Below, in pieces: positions 18,107 through 26,446 of a stretch of 32,000 nt of DNA; the first letter of the stretch is position 1; every line of letters begins with the position of its first letter. The stretch lies in the NCBI GenBank assembly GCA_002716355.1, contig PBAU01000005.1, positions 119,460 to 151,459 on the forward strand, written 5' to 3'. Origin of the DNA: a bacterium. Lineage in GTDB: Bacteria > UBP7 > UBA6624. The notes under the pieces were generated by a model, which did not search any database, was not told the origin of the DNA, and saw only the letters and a list, made by a program, of their open reading frames with translations. Position numbers and translations under genes: made by a program.

Positions 18107-19009
18107 ATGGTCTTAATTGAACGTTCGAATCAAATAAATTTCACATTAAATGAAATTCCGGAAATGAATTTTTTCAAAAACATACTCATGGTCTCTCCAG
18201 AAAATTTTGAGATTCAATATGCAATCAATCCATTTATGAAAGATTCTGCGGGCAACCTGAAAAAAATCGATAAAAAAAAAGCCAAAAGCCAATGGGGCAA
18301 CCTTTTGCAAACTTTCACCGATCTAAACCTTTCGGTAACAAAATTCGAGCCTGAAGAAAAACTTCCTGATATTGTTTTTTGTGCCAACCAATTTTTTCCA
18401 ATTCCTAATGAAATCAGCATCAATAAAGAGAATTTCCTGGAAGGAAAAATGTTTGCGGAAGAGAGGAAGGCGGAAGTTGCATTGCTGAAAAAAAAATTCG
18501 AAAACTTAGGTTACAACTTTGGTCAACTTTCACAAAGAGTAACAAAATTTGAAGGAACTGGTGATGGTATATGGCATCCTGGCAAAAAACTATTATGGGG
18601 CGGAATTGGAGCAAGAACAGACATGATGGCATGGCAAGAAATAAGCGAAAAATACGATATTGATGTAATTGCCTTAAACCTGAAGCATAAAACTTTTTAC
18701 CATCTTGACACATGTTTGTGCATACTGAATCAAACAACTTGCCTTTGGAATCCTGATGCTTTTGACAAAAATGGCCAAGAATTGATAAGAAAAATATTTG
18801 ATCTACCGATAGAAGCAGATAAGAATGAAGCTGAAAGCATAATGGCCTGCAATGCCTTTTGCCCAGATGGAAAAAACGTCATCATTCAACAAGGATGCCT
18901 GAAAACCAAATCAAAATTGGAGCAAGTTAGCTTCAACGTGATTGAGGTGGACACTTCTGAGTTCATAAAAGCCGGCGGCTCTGTTTTCTGTCTGAAACTA
19001 TTTTTTTAA
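18107..19009 (+). CDS. Amidinotransferase / DDAH / arginine-deiminase-related (guanidino-group-modifying enzyme superfamily) protein
   Basis: 300 aa. Motifs are ILMVSPENFEIQYAINPFM, LPDIVFCANQ, FEGTGDGIW and FYHLDTCLC, with a C-terminal GGSVFCLKL containing the candidate nucleophile Cys. An alternative start is ATG 18164 (MNFFKNILMVSP). Confidence 0.7.
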   Translation: MVLIERSNQINFTLNEIPEMNFFKNILMVSPENFEIQYAINPFMKDSAGNLKKIDKKKAKSQWGNLLQTFTDLNLSVTKFEPEEKLPDIVFCANQFFPIPNEISINKENFLEGKMFAEERKAEVALLKKKFENLGYNFGQLSQRVTKFEGTGDGIWHPGKKLLWGGIGARTDMMAWQEISEKYDIDVIALNLKHKTFYHLDTCLCILNQTTCLWNPDAFDKNGQELIRKIFDLPIEADKNEAESIMACNAFCPDGKNVIIQQGCLKTKSKLEQVSFNVIEVDTSEFIKAGGSVFCLKLFF

Positions 19010-19011
19010 AT

Positions 19012-19647
19012 CTATTTTATTTCTTCACCATCACAAAATAACCTCAATGGTATCAGGTTGCCATCATCCAAAACACTTAGCTCAACAGACATTGGCAATG
19101 GCTCTATCTCCCAGAAATAGGAACTTGTATCCATATCCCATGAACGCTCTCCGAGGCATTCCCTCAAACGTCCAACGCTTTCCTCGGAGAGGAAAATATT
19201 ACCGAGTTCGTAACGGACATTAAAAAAATCTGAATTGTTTTCAAACTCCTCATAACTATACGGGTTCATATCCCATTCTGACCTCAAAAACAAACCCTCA
19301 TCTGGCTTTGAAAAAGAAACTGAGGAGACACTCCAGGATGAACCGTCTTTTGTGATGGTTACAAAAATATTCTGCAAACCAGCCGCTGCAAGACCATCCT
19401 CCAAAGATTCAAATGGAACCAGATCCTCTTTGATCAAATCATTTGGTATCTTTGTCATGGCAGAATCAAGAGAGGGCTCGAAAGTCCAACCTCGAAAAAC
19501 AGTATTAAAAGGATAACCTGACTGCATGGGGTCAATGCTGAATACAACAACTGTCCCTGAGTTTGCTCGAATGCTGCTGAAAAATGCCAAGCCTGTTATT
19601 AGTAAGACTTGAACAAGGGATGCAATTAAAAAATTTCTCCTAATCAT
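19012..19647 (-). CDS. N-terminally anchored exported hypothetical protein; possibly a divergent GDYXXLXY-family protein
   Basis: My preferred start is ATG 19647 (MIRRNFLIASLVQVLLITGLAFF...), which overlaps the upstream stop by 8 nt. It has a single N-terminal TM segment. The segment GTVVVFSIDP...RGWTF sits where GDYXXLXY proteins carry PxDPRDxxRGDYxxLxY, so the motif is degenerate. The tail is beta-rich (VELSVLDDGNLIPLRLF). The family call is tentative. Confidence 0.45.
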   Translation of the reverse strand: MIRRNFLIASLVQVLLITGLAFFSSIRANSGTVVVFSIDPMQSGYPFNTVFRGWTFEPSLDSAMTKIPNDLIKEDLVPFESLEDGLAAAGLQNIFVTITKDGSSWSVSSVSFSKPDEGLFLRSEWDMNPYSYEEFENNSDFFNVRYELGNIFLSEESVGRLRECLGERSWDMDTSSYFWEIEPLPMSVELSVLDDGNLIPLRLFCDGEEIK

Positions 19648-20989
19648 CTCTTGCCCCCGCATCAAATATTTTTTTGCTTTGCTTTTCAATAAAGATACCG
19701 CCCCAAATTAACAAAACTCCGCCTAAGACAAACAGGAATGCTTGATTCAGGAGGGTTGAAAATACATCAAAGAAACGCAATAATATAAAGAATTTGAAAA
19801 ACCATAAGGTCCATTTGAACAATCTCCAGTTTCTGGTAATGCTTGAAATGTAAAGAAAGGCAATAAGCTCAAAAAGAAGAATCAGGTTCATAAAAACTGA
19901 AATGACCATTGGATTGCCGTAAGAGAGGAATGGCAAGAGTATATTGATTAAAGAGATTGCAATAAAAAATTTCGAAACAAGCTTTCTTCTCTTGCTTGAC
20001 GATCTTAAGCCATCCAGAGAAATCGTTATGACAAATGCTGAAATGGCGACAAAAGGCAATGCCTCAATTGGATACCCTGGAATCGGCATTTGGAAACCAT
20101 CTTCATTTACGAAATTATGAAAAAAGGTGAATGGTATCTGAGTAAAGTAAAGAAAAATAACTCCTAATATACTGAAAGGGTAAGCTGCCCATTCTTTGAC
20201 TCTCTTAATTGCAAGAACCGAAAGAAGAATTCCGAAAGAAACATAAAGGCTCACAAAACTCAATGCATCAGCTACACCGAAATCCAGTCTAGGAAGAATA
20301 AGAAAAAGATTAACATCTTTTTCCGAATGAGGGATAGCCAACATTCTTAGCTGCAAAAGGAAAAGCCAAAGAGAGGTTCCAAACAAAGAAAAAACTAAAG
20401 CAGGATTGTTTTGATCCCTAAATATCAGCTTCAGAAAAGAAAATGCTAACAACCCATAAATAACAATATCAATCCAAGATATCGAAGTTTGAAATATCCA
20501 TATTGTCAAGAGTATGCTTGCCAAAATAAGAACCCATAACAGCCTGAAAAACCTCATAAATAAAAAAAGCCCGGCAATCCAGATTAACAATTCCTGGCCA
20601 TTATCAAATGAAATATTGAAAGTTTGAAGGATCAGGTTGACACCAGCTCCAAAAGAAAAAGCCCCCATTAGAAAGAAAGTTTGTGAAAGGTTTCTTCTGT
20701 TTGGTGCTTGGTAAAAATGATATCCAAGATAATTAAAACCAGATACAAAAATAAGGATTATTAAGGTTTTTATACCCGAAGAAAAACCCTGCCAGTTTGA
20801 AGCCATTGCCAAAATCAAACCCAAACCTACCAAAACTCCACCAAAAACCAATAATGCACTAATGAAACTAGTCATCTTCACATTTTCTTTTGAATACCTA
20901 GAACTTATTAGATCTGCTTGATCTTCTGAAATGATCCCTTCCTTGACCCAGGATTTCAATTGATCAAGCAACCATTTAATATTATTCAT
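19640..20989 (-). CDS. Polytopic membrane protein, DUF2157-like N-terminus (possibly a DUF2157+DUF4401 fusion)
   Basis: 449 aa. A cytoplasmic N-terminal helix (LLDQLKSWVKEGIISEDQADLISSRY) is followed by about 11-12 hydrophobic segments. The protein contains no cysteine. The family assignment comes from recalled motif similarity and has not been searched. Confidence 0.6.
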   Translation of the reverse strand: MNNIKWLLDQLKSWVKEGIISEDQADLISSRYSKENVKMTSFISALLVFGGVLVGLGLILAMASNWQGFSSGIKTLIILIFVSGFNYLGYHFYQAPNRRNLSQTFFLMGAFSFGAGVNLILQTFNISFDNGQELLIWIAGLFLFMRFFRLLWVLILASILLTIWIFQTSISWIDIVIYGLLAFSFLKLIFRDQNNPALVFSLFGTSLWLFLLQLRMLAIPHSEKDVNLFLILPRLDFGVADALSFVSLYVSFGILLSVLAIKRVKEWAAYPFSILGVIFLYFTQIPFTFFHNFVNEDGFQMPIPGYPIEALPFVAISAFVITISLDGLRSSSKRRKLVSKFFIAISLINILLPFLSYGNPMVISVFMNLILLFELIAFLYISSITRNWRLFKWTLWFFKFFILLRFFDVFSTLLNQAFLFVLGGVLLIWGGIFIEKQSKKIFDAGARDD

Positions 20990-21074
20990 CGTCTTTTGCC
21001 CATAGGGGAGAAAATATCAAATAAACAAATCCTATAGTCAAAAGTCCGGCGATTAAAGGTTGGTAATCAGTCAT
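20982..21074 (-). CDS. Unannotated 30-aa single-TM micro-protein (MTDYQPLIAGLLTIGFVYLIFSPLWAKDDE)
   Basis: It is below the ORF-track size cutoff; I translated it by hand. The ATG at 21074..21072 shares one base with the ccmH stop (TAATG). Its stop at 20984..20982 lies inside an ATGAATAA overlap with the start of the next gene. AAGG sits about 9 nt upstream. It exactly fills the only apparent gap in the operon. Confidence 0.5.
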   Translation of the reverse strand: MTDYQPLIAGLLTIGFVYLIFSPLWAKDDE

Positions 21075-21427
21075 TATTTTGCCTTGTTTTTTGACAATTT
21101 TCGCAAAAAGAAAAAACCACCTACACAAAAGACAAAGGGCAAATACCAAACAATCTGGTGTATTCCTTTTTTAGGCGGCTCAAAAACAATCCAATCTCCA
21201 TATCTTTCTATTAAATAATCTCTAATTTCAGAATCTGTCTTTCCCTCTAAGACCATATCAAGTATCACTTCGTAGATCTCATTGCTGATTGGTGTATCAG
21301 AGTCAGCAATGCTGACAAATTTACAAGTTGGGCATCTGAAACTTTCAGCTATAGAAAGAGCCCTGTTCTCCTCCTCTTGTGTCGGATTCAAAATAAGAGC
21401 TAGACTAATAGCTAATAAAAATTTAAT
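21074..21427 (-). CDS. ccmH: Cytochrome c-type biogenesis protein CcmH (CcmL/NrfF-type)
   Basis: It has the FRCPTC motif, DSDTPISNEIYEVILDMVLEGKTDSEIRDYLIERYGDWIVFEPP, and a C-terminal TM segment. The track starts at TTG 21391, which removes the in-frame upstream signal-peptide-like segment KFLLAISLALIL. The only start-like codon ahead of that segment is ATT 21427..21425. Confidence 0.85.
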   Translation of the reverse strand: MKFLLAISLALILNPTQEEENRALSIAESFRCPTCKFVSIADSDTPISNEIYEVILDMVLEGKTDSEIRDYLIERYGDWIVFEPPKKGIHQIVWYLPFVFCVGGFFFLRKLSKNKAK

Positions 21428-22013
21428 TTTCTTCTCCCATGATCAAATTAATATTTTCCAACAAGCTCTCCTCAGTTAATAGGCCGATAATTTTTGCTCT
21501 AACTATACCTTTTGAATCAATAAAGAAAGTCTCAGGAGCCCCGGTAACACCCCAATCAACCAATGATTTTCCATTCATATCAATCCAATTTGGATACTTT
21601 AAACCAAAAACATCTATCATCTCTTGAGCATCTTCCACAGTGTCGTCAAAAGCAATCCCGATCAAAACAGGGCACTGGCCAGGAGATTGGCTTTCACACT
21701 GAGCCCACAAGGTGCTCCACTTCTTCAATAACGGGAATTCCTCCCTGCATGGAGGGCACCAACTACCCCACCAATTAACTATAGTTACAGGTGGCCAATC
21801 TTCATCTTCATAATCTAAAAAATATTCATCATATACCTCTTCAAGATTGACTAAAGCTTGTTGGGTTGGGGCCTTTTTGCCCTGTAAAGAAAAATCTGAG
21901 ACAACTTCATCTGAAGAATTTTGCTCAAGAATCGACAAACCTTTCGCCAACACAAAAACAAAACAGTAAATAAAAAAAAGGACCTTGATGAATCTTGAAT
22001 ACTGAACCTTCAT
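21423..22013 (-). CDS. ccmG: Thiol:disulfide interchange protein CcmG/DsbE
   Basis: 196 aa with an N-terminal membrane anchor and a thioredoxin fold (WGSWCPPCREEFP, plus GVTGAPETFFID). There is an ATGA overlap with the ccmF stop. Confidence 0.88.
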   Translation of the reverse strand: MKVQYSRFIKVLFFIYCFVFVLAKGLSILEQNSSDEVVSDFSLQGKKAPTQQALVNLEEVYDEYFLDYEDEDWPPVTIVNWWGSWCPPCREEFPLLKKWSTLWAQCESQSPGQCPVLIGIAFDDTVEDAQEMIDVFGLKYPNWIDMNGKSLVDWGVTGAPETFFIDSKGIVRAKIIGLLTEESLLENINLIMGEEN

Positions 22014-23938
22014 CGTCTCTCACTTCCAATAATAACTAAAAAACCCAAAATAGAAATAATTCCACCAATCCAAATAAATTTTAAAAATGGCTGAATCGTT
22101 ACTCTGTATCTAACTTTGGAATCATTGATAATTTCAGACATAGATAAAGTAATGTCTCTCTTCCAGTTTGATTTAAGGCCCATCTCAGTGGTTGGTGACC
22201 AATTGGGACCATAATCTCTTTTCTCCGGATAGAGGATCTTTGTACCACCATCTGAAGAAACATGGACCGATGCACCAAAAGAAGAATAATTTTCACTATT
22301 GGTGATTTGTAAACCATTTGCATCCTGAGTCAATTCAACATCGTAATCATCTAAAACAAATGATTTTTCATTTTCTAGAATTGCATCAGTTTGAAATTTG
22401 TGCTCGACACTTGCAGTAGCCCCTATAGCCAAAAATAAAACTCCAAGATGGACAATCAGTCCTCCATGATAACTACTCATAAAACGACCTTTTTTGGAGT
22501 CTAAAAATTCTTTACAGGTTGGCAAAAGAGTGAACCCAAGCAAAAAAGTAGTTAAAAAATGTTCCCACGAACTGTCAAGCCAAGGCAAGCCTATGGAGGA
22601 TCTAATGTAGCTGAAAAACAAGAAAGACAGCAACCCTCCTATAGTTCCTATTTTTAAATAATTTTTAAATTTCTTGCCTGTTTTTCTTTTCCATGAAAGC
22701 CATGGGGCGATTGAAAGCAAGATTAAGGCTGGCATTGATATCGGTGGTATTGTTTTTTCAAAATATGGAGCTCCAACACTAACCTTTTCACCTGTTGATA
22801 TTTCTGAAAATATTGGCCATGTGGTTCCAAAAAAAACAGCAACAAACATCCCTAGAAACAATAAATTATTGAAAAGTATGGCATTTTCCTTTGAAGCAGA
22901 TTCTTTTAAATCACTATTGTCTTTGAGTGAATCCCAATTAAAACCCAAAAAACCAAAAGCAAAAAGTAAATAAACTGTTATGTACCCTAAAAACCAATAA
23001 CCAAGATCGCTTTCTGAAAAAGCATGGACACTTGTAATGATTCCGCTTCGCGTAATAAATGTCCCGACAAGCGTCATTCCGTAAGCAGCAAGAACAAGAA
23101 ATAAATTCCATCTATTGAATAATTTTCTTGCCTTGAAGGCTAAAGCACTGTGAGCAAAAGCCGTTAAAAGCAGCCATGGCATAAGGCTAGCATTTTCCAC
23201 AGGATCCCAAAACCACCAACCACCCCAGCCCAATTCATGATAAGCCCACCATGATCCAACCAAAATTCCTGTTGTTAAAAAAAACCACGCATAGTTTGTC
23301 CAATAACGAGACAGCTGGATCCATTCCTCATTTTTATTTAACAAATGTGTAATTGCATGAGAAGCTGGTATTGTTATGCCAGTGAAACCAAGATAAAGCA
23401 AAGGGGGGTGGATCGCCATCCCTGGATCTTGTAACAATGGATTCATTCCAATGCCATCTAAAGGAATGGTGAAGCGATCATCAAAAGAAGCCAAAGGATT
23501 GGCAAACTTTAACATCAGGCCAGAAAAAAAGCAAAGTGTTGCTGAGGGTAGCAGTAAAAATGATGTCAAAATTGAACCGCGAAGCTTGTCTTTATATATT
23601 GCCAAAAAAGTAAACAAGCAAATTAAAAATGCCCACAACAATAAACCTCCCTCAAGGCTCCCCCACCATGCTGAAAAAAGATACATGGTTGGTTGTGATT
23701 TTGATGACACGGTAGCTACATAACGAATAGAAAAATCATGTGAAAAAAGAGCATATTGCAACCCAAAAACAGTCAACAATGAACCTATACATGATGTCAA
23801 AAACGATCTTTTTGCCACAAGGGACCATTGAGATTTTGACTTAAGATCGAGAACTGAAAACACTAAAGCAAATAATGCCCCTGCACAAAGAGCCCATAGA
23901 CCAAATCTTCCTAAAAAAACTGGCCAACTAGCAATCAT
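22010..23938 (-). CDS. ccmF: Cytochrome c-type biogenesis protein CcmF (heme lyase component)
   Basis: 642 aa and polytopic, with the Trp-rich motif WGGWWFWDPVENASLMPWL. Confidence 0.93.
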   Translation of the reverse strand: MIASWPVFLGRFGLWALCAGALFALVFSVLDLKSKSQWSLVAKRSFLTSCIGSLLTVFGLQYALFSHDFSIRYVATVSSKSQPTMYLFSAWWGSLEGGLLLWAFLICLFTFLAIYKDKLRGSILTSFLLLPSATLCFFSGLMLKFANPLASFDDRFTIPLDGIGMNPLLQDPGMAIHPPLLYLGFTGITIPASHAITHLLNKNEEWIQLSRYWTNYAWFFLTTGILVGSWWAYHELGWGGWWFWDPVENASLMPWLLLTAFAHSALAFKARKLFNRWNLFLVLAAYGMTLVGTFITRSGIITSVHAFSESDLGYWFLGYITVYLLFAFGFLGFNWDSLKDNSDLKESASKENAILFNNLLFLGMFVAVFFGTTWPIFSEISTGEKVSVGAPYFEKTIPPISMPALILLSIAPWLSWKRKTGKKFKNYLKIGTIGGLLSFLFFSYIRSSIGLPWLDSSWEHFLTTFLLGFTLLPTCKEFLDSKKGRFMSSYHGGLIVHLGVLFLAIGATASVEHKFQTDAILENEKSFVLDDYDVELTQDANGLQITNSENYSSFGASVHVSSDGGTKILYPEKRDYGPNWSPTTEMGLKSNWKRDITLSMSEIINDSKVRYRVTIQPFLKFIWIGGIISILGFLVIIGSERR

Positions 23939-24411
23939 TCAAGTGTCCCGGAAGGTATGCCTGAGCCAAACCTTTTCTTCATTTCCGTTTTATCAAGATG
24001 CTCTTTGGAGTATTCTTCTCCGTGTTTAACAAAAATATCATCAGCATAAAAAATCCACTCATCAGCAGAAAAATATCCGTTATCAACCTCGCTTGGGAAT
24101 ATTCCTTCAGCAACTGCTCCTTGGCCTTCAGCAAACATGTCAGGCAGAATTCCCTCATACCGAACCCTAACAACACCTCTCTCATCATCAGTTAAAACAA
24201 AAAAAACAACTTCATCTTCAATAGATATAGAGTCTGGCTGAACAAAACCTCCAATCCTGATTCTTGCATCCTGTTCCATTTCATCACTGGTGATAGATTG
24301 CTCCACCTCTGTAGGAAAATAAAAAAACAAAGATGCATCTTGGATTCCAGAAAAAACTAACCATAAAACAGCCAAAAAAGCCATTATTAACGAAATCATC
24401 GTTCTGTTCAT
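23935..24411 (-). CDS. ccmE: Heme chaperone CcmE
   Basis: MNRTMISLIMAFLAVLWLVF is the membrane anchor. Other motifs are IRIGGFV, VRYEGILPDMFAEGQGAVAEG and VKHGEEY, the last corresponding to the heme-binding His region. I prefer start ATG 24411 (ATGA overlap with the ccmD stop) over the track's 24453. Confidence 0.88.
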   Translation of the reverse strand: MNRTMISLIMAFLAVLWLVFSGIQDASLFFYFPTEVEQSITSDEMEQDARIRIGGFVQPDSISIEDEVVFFVLTDDERGVVRVRYEGILPDMFAEGQGAVAEGIFPSEVDNGYFSADEWIFYADDIFVKHGEEYSKEHLDKTEMKKRFGSGIPSGTLE

Positions 24412-24506
24412 GGTAGCGGGTTTTTCCCTTGCCTTTTCCAGAAAAGATAACATATCACAACAACAATTGCGTAACTGAAATAAATAGTTGGCAAGTAGTT
24501 ATTCAT
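24408..24506 (-). CDS. ccmD: Heme exporter protein CcmD (32 aa; MNNYLPTIYFSYAIVVVICYLFWKRQGKNPLP)
   Basis: Hand-translated and absent from the ORF track. It sits in the canonical position between ccmC and ccmE. A single TM segment is followed by basic residues. Its start overlaps the ccmC stop by 8 nt (ATGAATAA), and its stop makes an ATGA overlap with the ccmE start. Confidence 0.7.
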   Translation of the reverse strand: MNNYLPTIYFSYAIVVVICYLFWKRQGKNPLP

Positions 24507-25137
24507 TTTCAACCTTCAATAATCTACTTTTAATGCAGCAAAAAGACCAGTAAATTACAATCCCAAAGCAAGCAAGCAATATCATAAACATGTCACCATC
24601 AATTTTTGGAGGGCCCTCCTGTCTAAATATTGTAGAACCCTGATGTAATGTTCTCCAATAATTAACCGAGAGATGCACTAAAGGAACGTTTAACGCAGCA
24701 ATGATGGAGATGATACTTCCTACCCTTTGGCCTTCAGGATTGTCTCCATAAACATCCCTAACAATTAAATATGCACAAAGTATTAAAAACAATATCAACA
24801 TAGTGGTTAACCTAGCATCCCAAACCCACCATGTTCCCCAAGTCATTTTCCCCCATATGCTTCCTGTCATTAATGTCAAAAAGGCTGAAATGGTCCCGAC
24901 CTCAATTAATGATCTGGAAATCCTTTCCCATTCTGATTCCCTTTTCCACAAATAAAGACAAGAGGTTAAAGCTGCAAAAACAGTAGTTAAAAACGAATTC
25001 CATGCGAAGGGAACGTGTAGATAAAGCATAAAAACCCTTTTCCCCATCCCTTGGGCTAAGTCGGGCGGAGACCAATAAAAAATGGCAAGGTTGACAACAA
25101 TCATCAAAATCAACCATAAAGGGAAATTTTTTCTCAT
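24499..25137 (-). CDS. ccmC: Heme exporter protein CcmC
   Basis: It carries the Trp-rich motif WGKMTWGTWWVWDARLT. I prefer start ATG 25137 (MRKNFPLWLILM..., ATGA overlap with the ccmB stop) over the track's 25215. Confidence 0.9.
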   Translation of the reverse strand: MRKNFPLWLILMIVVNLAIFYWSPPDLAQGMGKRVFMLYLHVPFAWNSFLTTVFAALTSCLYLWKRESEWERISRSLIEVGTISAFLTLMTGSIWGKMTWGTWWVWDARLTTMLILFLILCAYLIVRDVYGDNPEGQRVGSIISIIAALNVPLVHLSVNYWRTLHQGSTIFRQEGPPKIDGDMFMILLACFGIVIYWSFCCIKSRLLKVENE

Positions 25138-25808
25138 GAATCTAAAGCTTTCTCTCCTAAGCCAAACACAAGCAAAAATTGTACAAAAGAATAAACAAAT
25201 AATATGTAAAACCAATTACCAACAAGCAACCCATCTGCAATTATGTCTTTTGTAATATTTATAGATGACATAAGTATTGGAACAGCTAATGGGTATAAAA
25301 ATAAGGGAAGCAGTATGTTTCTAAAATTCAAACCTAAAGATAAAGCTCCAAAAATACCACCTAAAAAACCAAAAGCAATTGAACTAAAGATAATCACAAT
25401 TAACAAAAAAACAACCTGCTCTATGGTCAAGCTGTAATCAAAAAAGAAAAAAGTCATTAAAAGAGTTGCAATCGTGATAAAGAAGCATAAAAAAGCCCCC
25501 CATAAACTTTTACCTAAAACTATTCCCCCGCGATCCAATGATGATGATTTTAAAAAATCAAGCAATGATTCATTCTCTTCATCATCCCAGATTTTTAAAA
25601 TTCCAATACTGCTTGAAAGTATAGAGGTAACCCAAATTAATCCTGGTAAAAAATTCACTAAATCTTTTGGGGATGGCTCGTAGGCAACCTCAAAAACAAC
25701 AATAAACATTATGGAAAGCAAAAAAAGACCCAAAAATCTACCAAATTTCTTACGTAAAGAAAATAAACTTTCAGAAAAAATGATCAAGGTTGTTTTCAGG
25801 AGGTTCAT
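25134..25808 (-). CDS. ccmB: Heme exporter protein CcmB (ABC permease)
   Basis: 224 aa with about 6 hydrophobic segments. It lies between ccmA and ccmC, with ATGA overlaps on both sides. Confidence 0.85.
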   Translation of the reverse strand: MNLLKTTLIIFSESLFSLRKKFGRFLGLFLLSIMFIVVFEVAYEPSPKDLVNFLPGLIWVTSILSSSIGILKIWDDEENESLLDFLKSSSLDRGGIVLGKSLWGAFLCFFITIATLLMTFFFFDYSLTIEQVVFLLIVIIFSSIAFGFLGGIFGALSLGLNFRNILLPLFLYPLAVPILMSSINITKDIIADGLLVGNWFYILFVYSFVQFLLVFGLGEKALDS

Positions 25809-26446
25809 TTTTTTCTCTCCAATTTAGATGCTGAAACAAATTCGTATATGGATTCAAAATAATCTATCTCTTCAAAGAGATTTGAAACCAACAAAATCGT
25901 TTTGTTACCTTCTTTCAATTCTTTCAAATACTTATTTAAGATTTTTTTTCCGTAATCATCCAAACCCTTAAAAGGCTCGTCAAGAAGATAGATTTGAGCT
26001 TCTTGAAGCATTGAGATACTGATAGAGAGACGTTTTTTCATACCTGTAGAATAATTTTTTACAGCTACATTTCTAGCCTCCCAGAGATCAACTTTTTTTA
26101 AAGAATCATCTAAATCATTCTTAGTGCCAAAATTTAAAAACTTATTAAAAAAAGTCAGATTTTCGTATGCTGATAAATGCTTGTAAAAAGCATCCCCAGG
26201 ACTCATATATGCTATTGAAGATCTGGTTTTATTATCATGGACAGAATTGCCCAATATTTCAATACTGCCATCATTTGGCCTCAAGACACCAGCAAACAAC
26301 CTTAAAAGAGTTGTTTTTCCTATCCCATTTCTTCCTGTTAATAATGCGTTTTCTGATTTTTTTAAAGAAAAATTTAAATTCTTAATAATGTATTGATTGT
26401 CAAATTTTTTAGAAATTAAATCAGCGTAAATTGCACAATTATTCAT
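25805..26446 (-). CDS. ccmA: Cytochrome c biogenesis ABC ATPase CcmA
   Basis: 213 aa. It has Walker A (GRNGIGKTTLLR), the signature YSTGMKKRLSI, and Walker B (LLDEP). Confidence 0.88.
   Translation of the reverse strand: MNNCAIYADLISKKFDNQYIIKNLNFSLKKSENALLTGRNGIGKTTLLRLFAGVLRPNDGSIEILGNSVHDNKTRSSIAYMSPGDAFYKHLSAYENLTFFNKFLNFGTKNDLDDSLKKVDLWEARNVAVKNYSTGMKKRLSISISMLQEAQIYLLDEPFKGLDDYGKKILNKYLKELKEGNKTILLVSNLFEEIDYFESIYEFVSASKLERKK

Noticed and set aside
19012-20989. The DUF2157-like protein as a CcdA/DsbD-type reductant transporter completing the Ccm system.
   Set aside because: The 449-aa sequence contains no cysteine residues, which is incompatible with a thiol-disulfide relay.
20982-21074. 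The idea that the 30-aa ORF after ccmH is a displaced CcmD.
   Set aside because: A better CcmD candidate exists at the canonical ccmC-ccmE junction (24408..24506). The identity of the 30-aa product is therefore left open.
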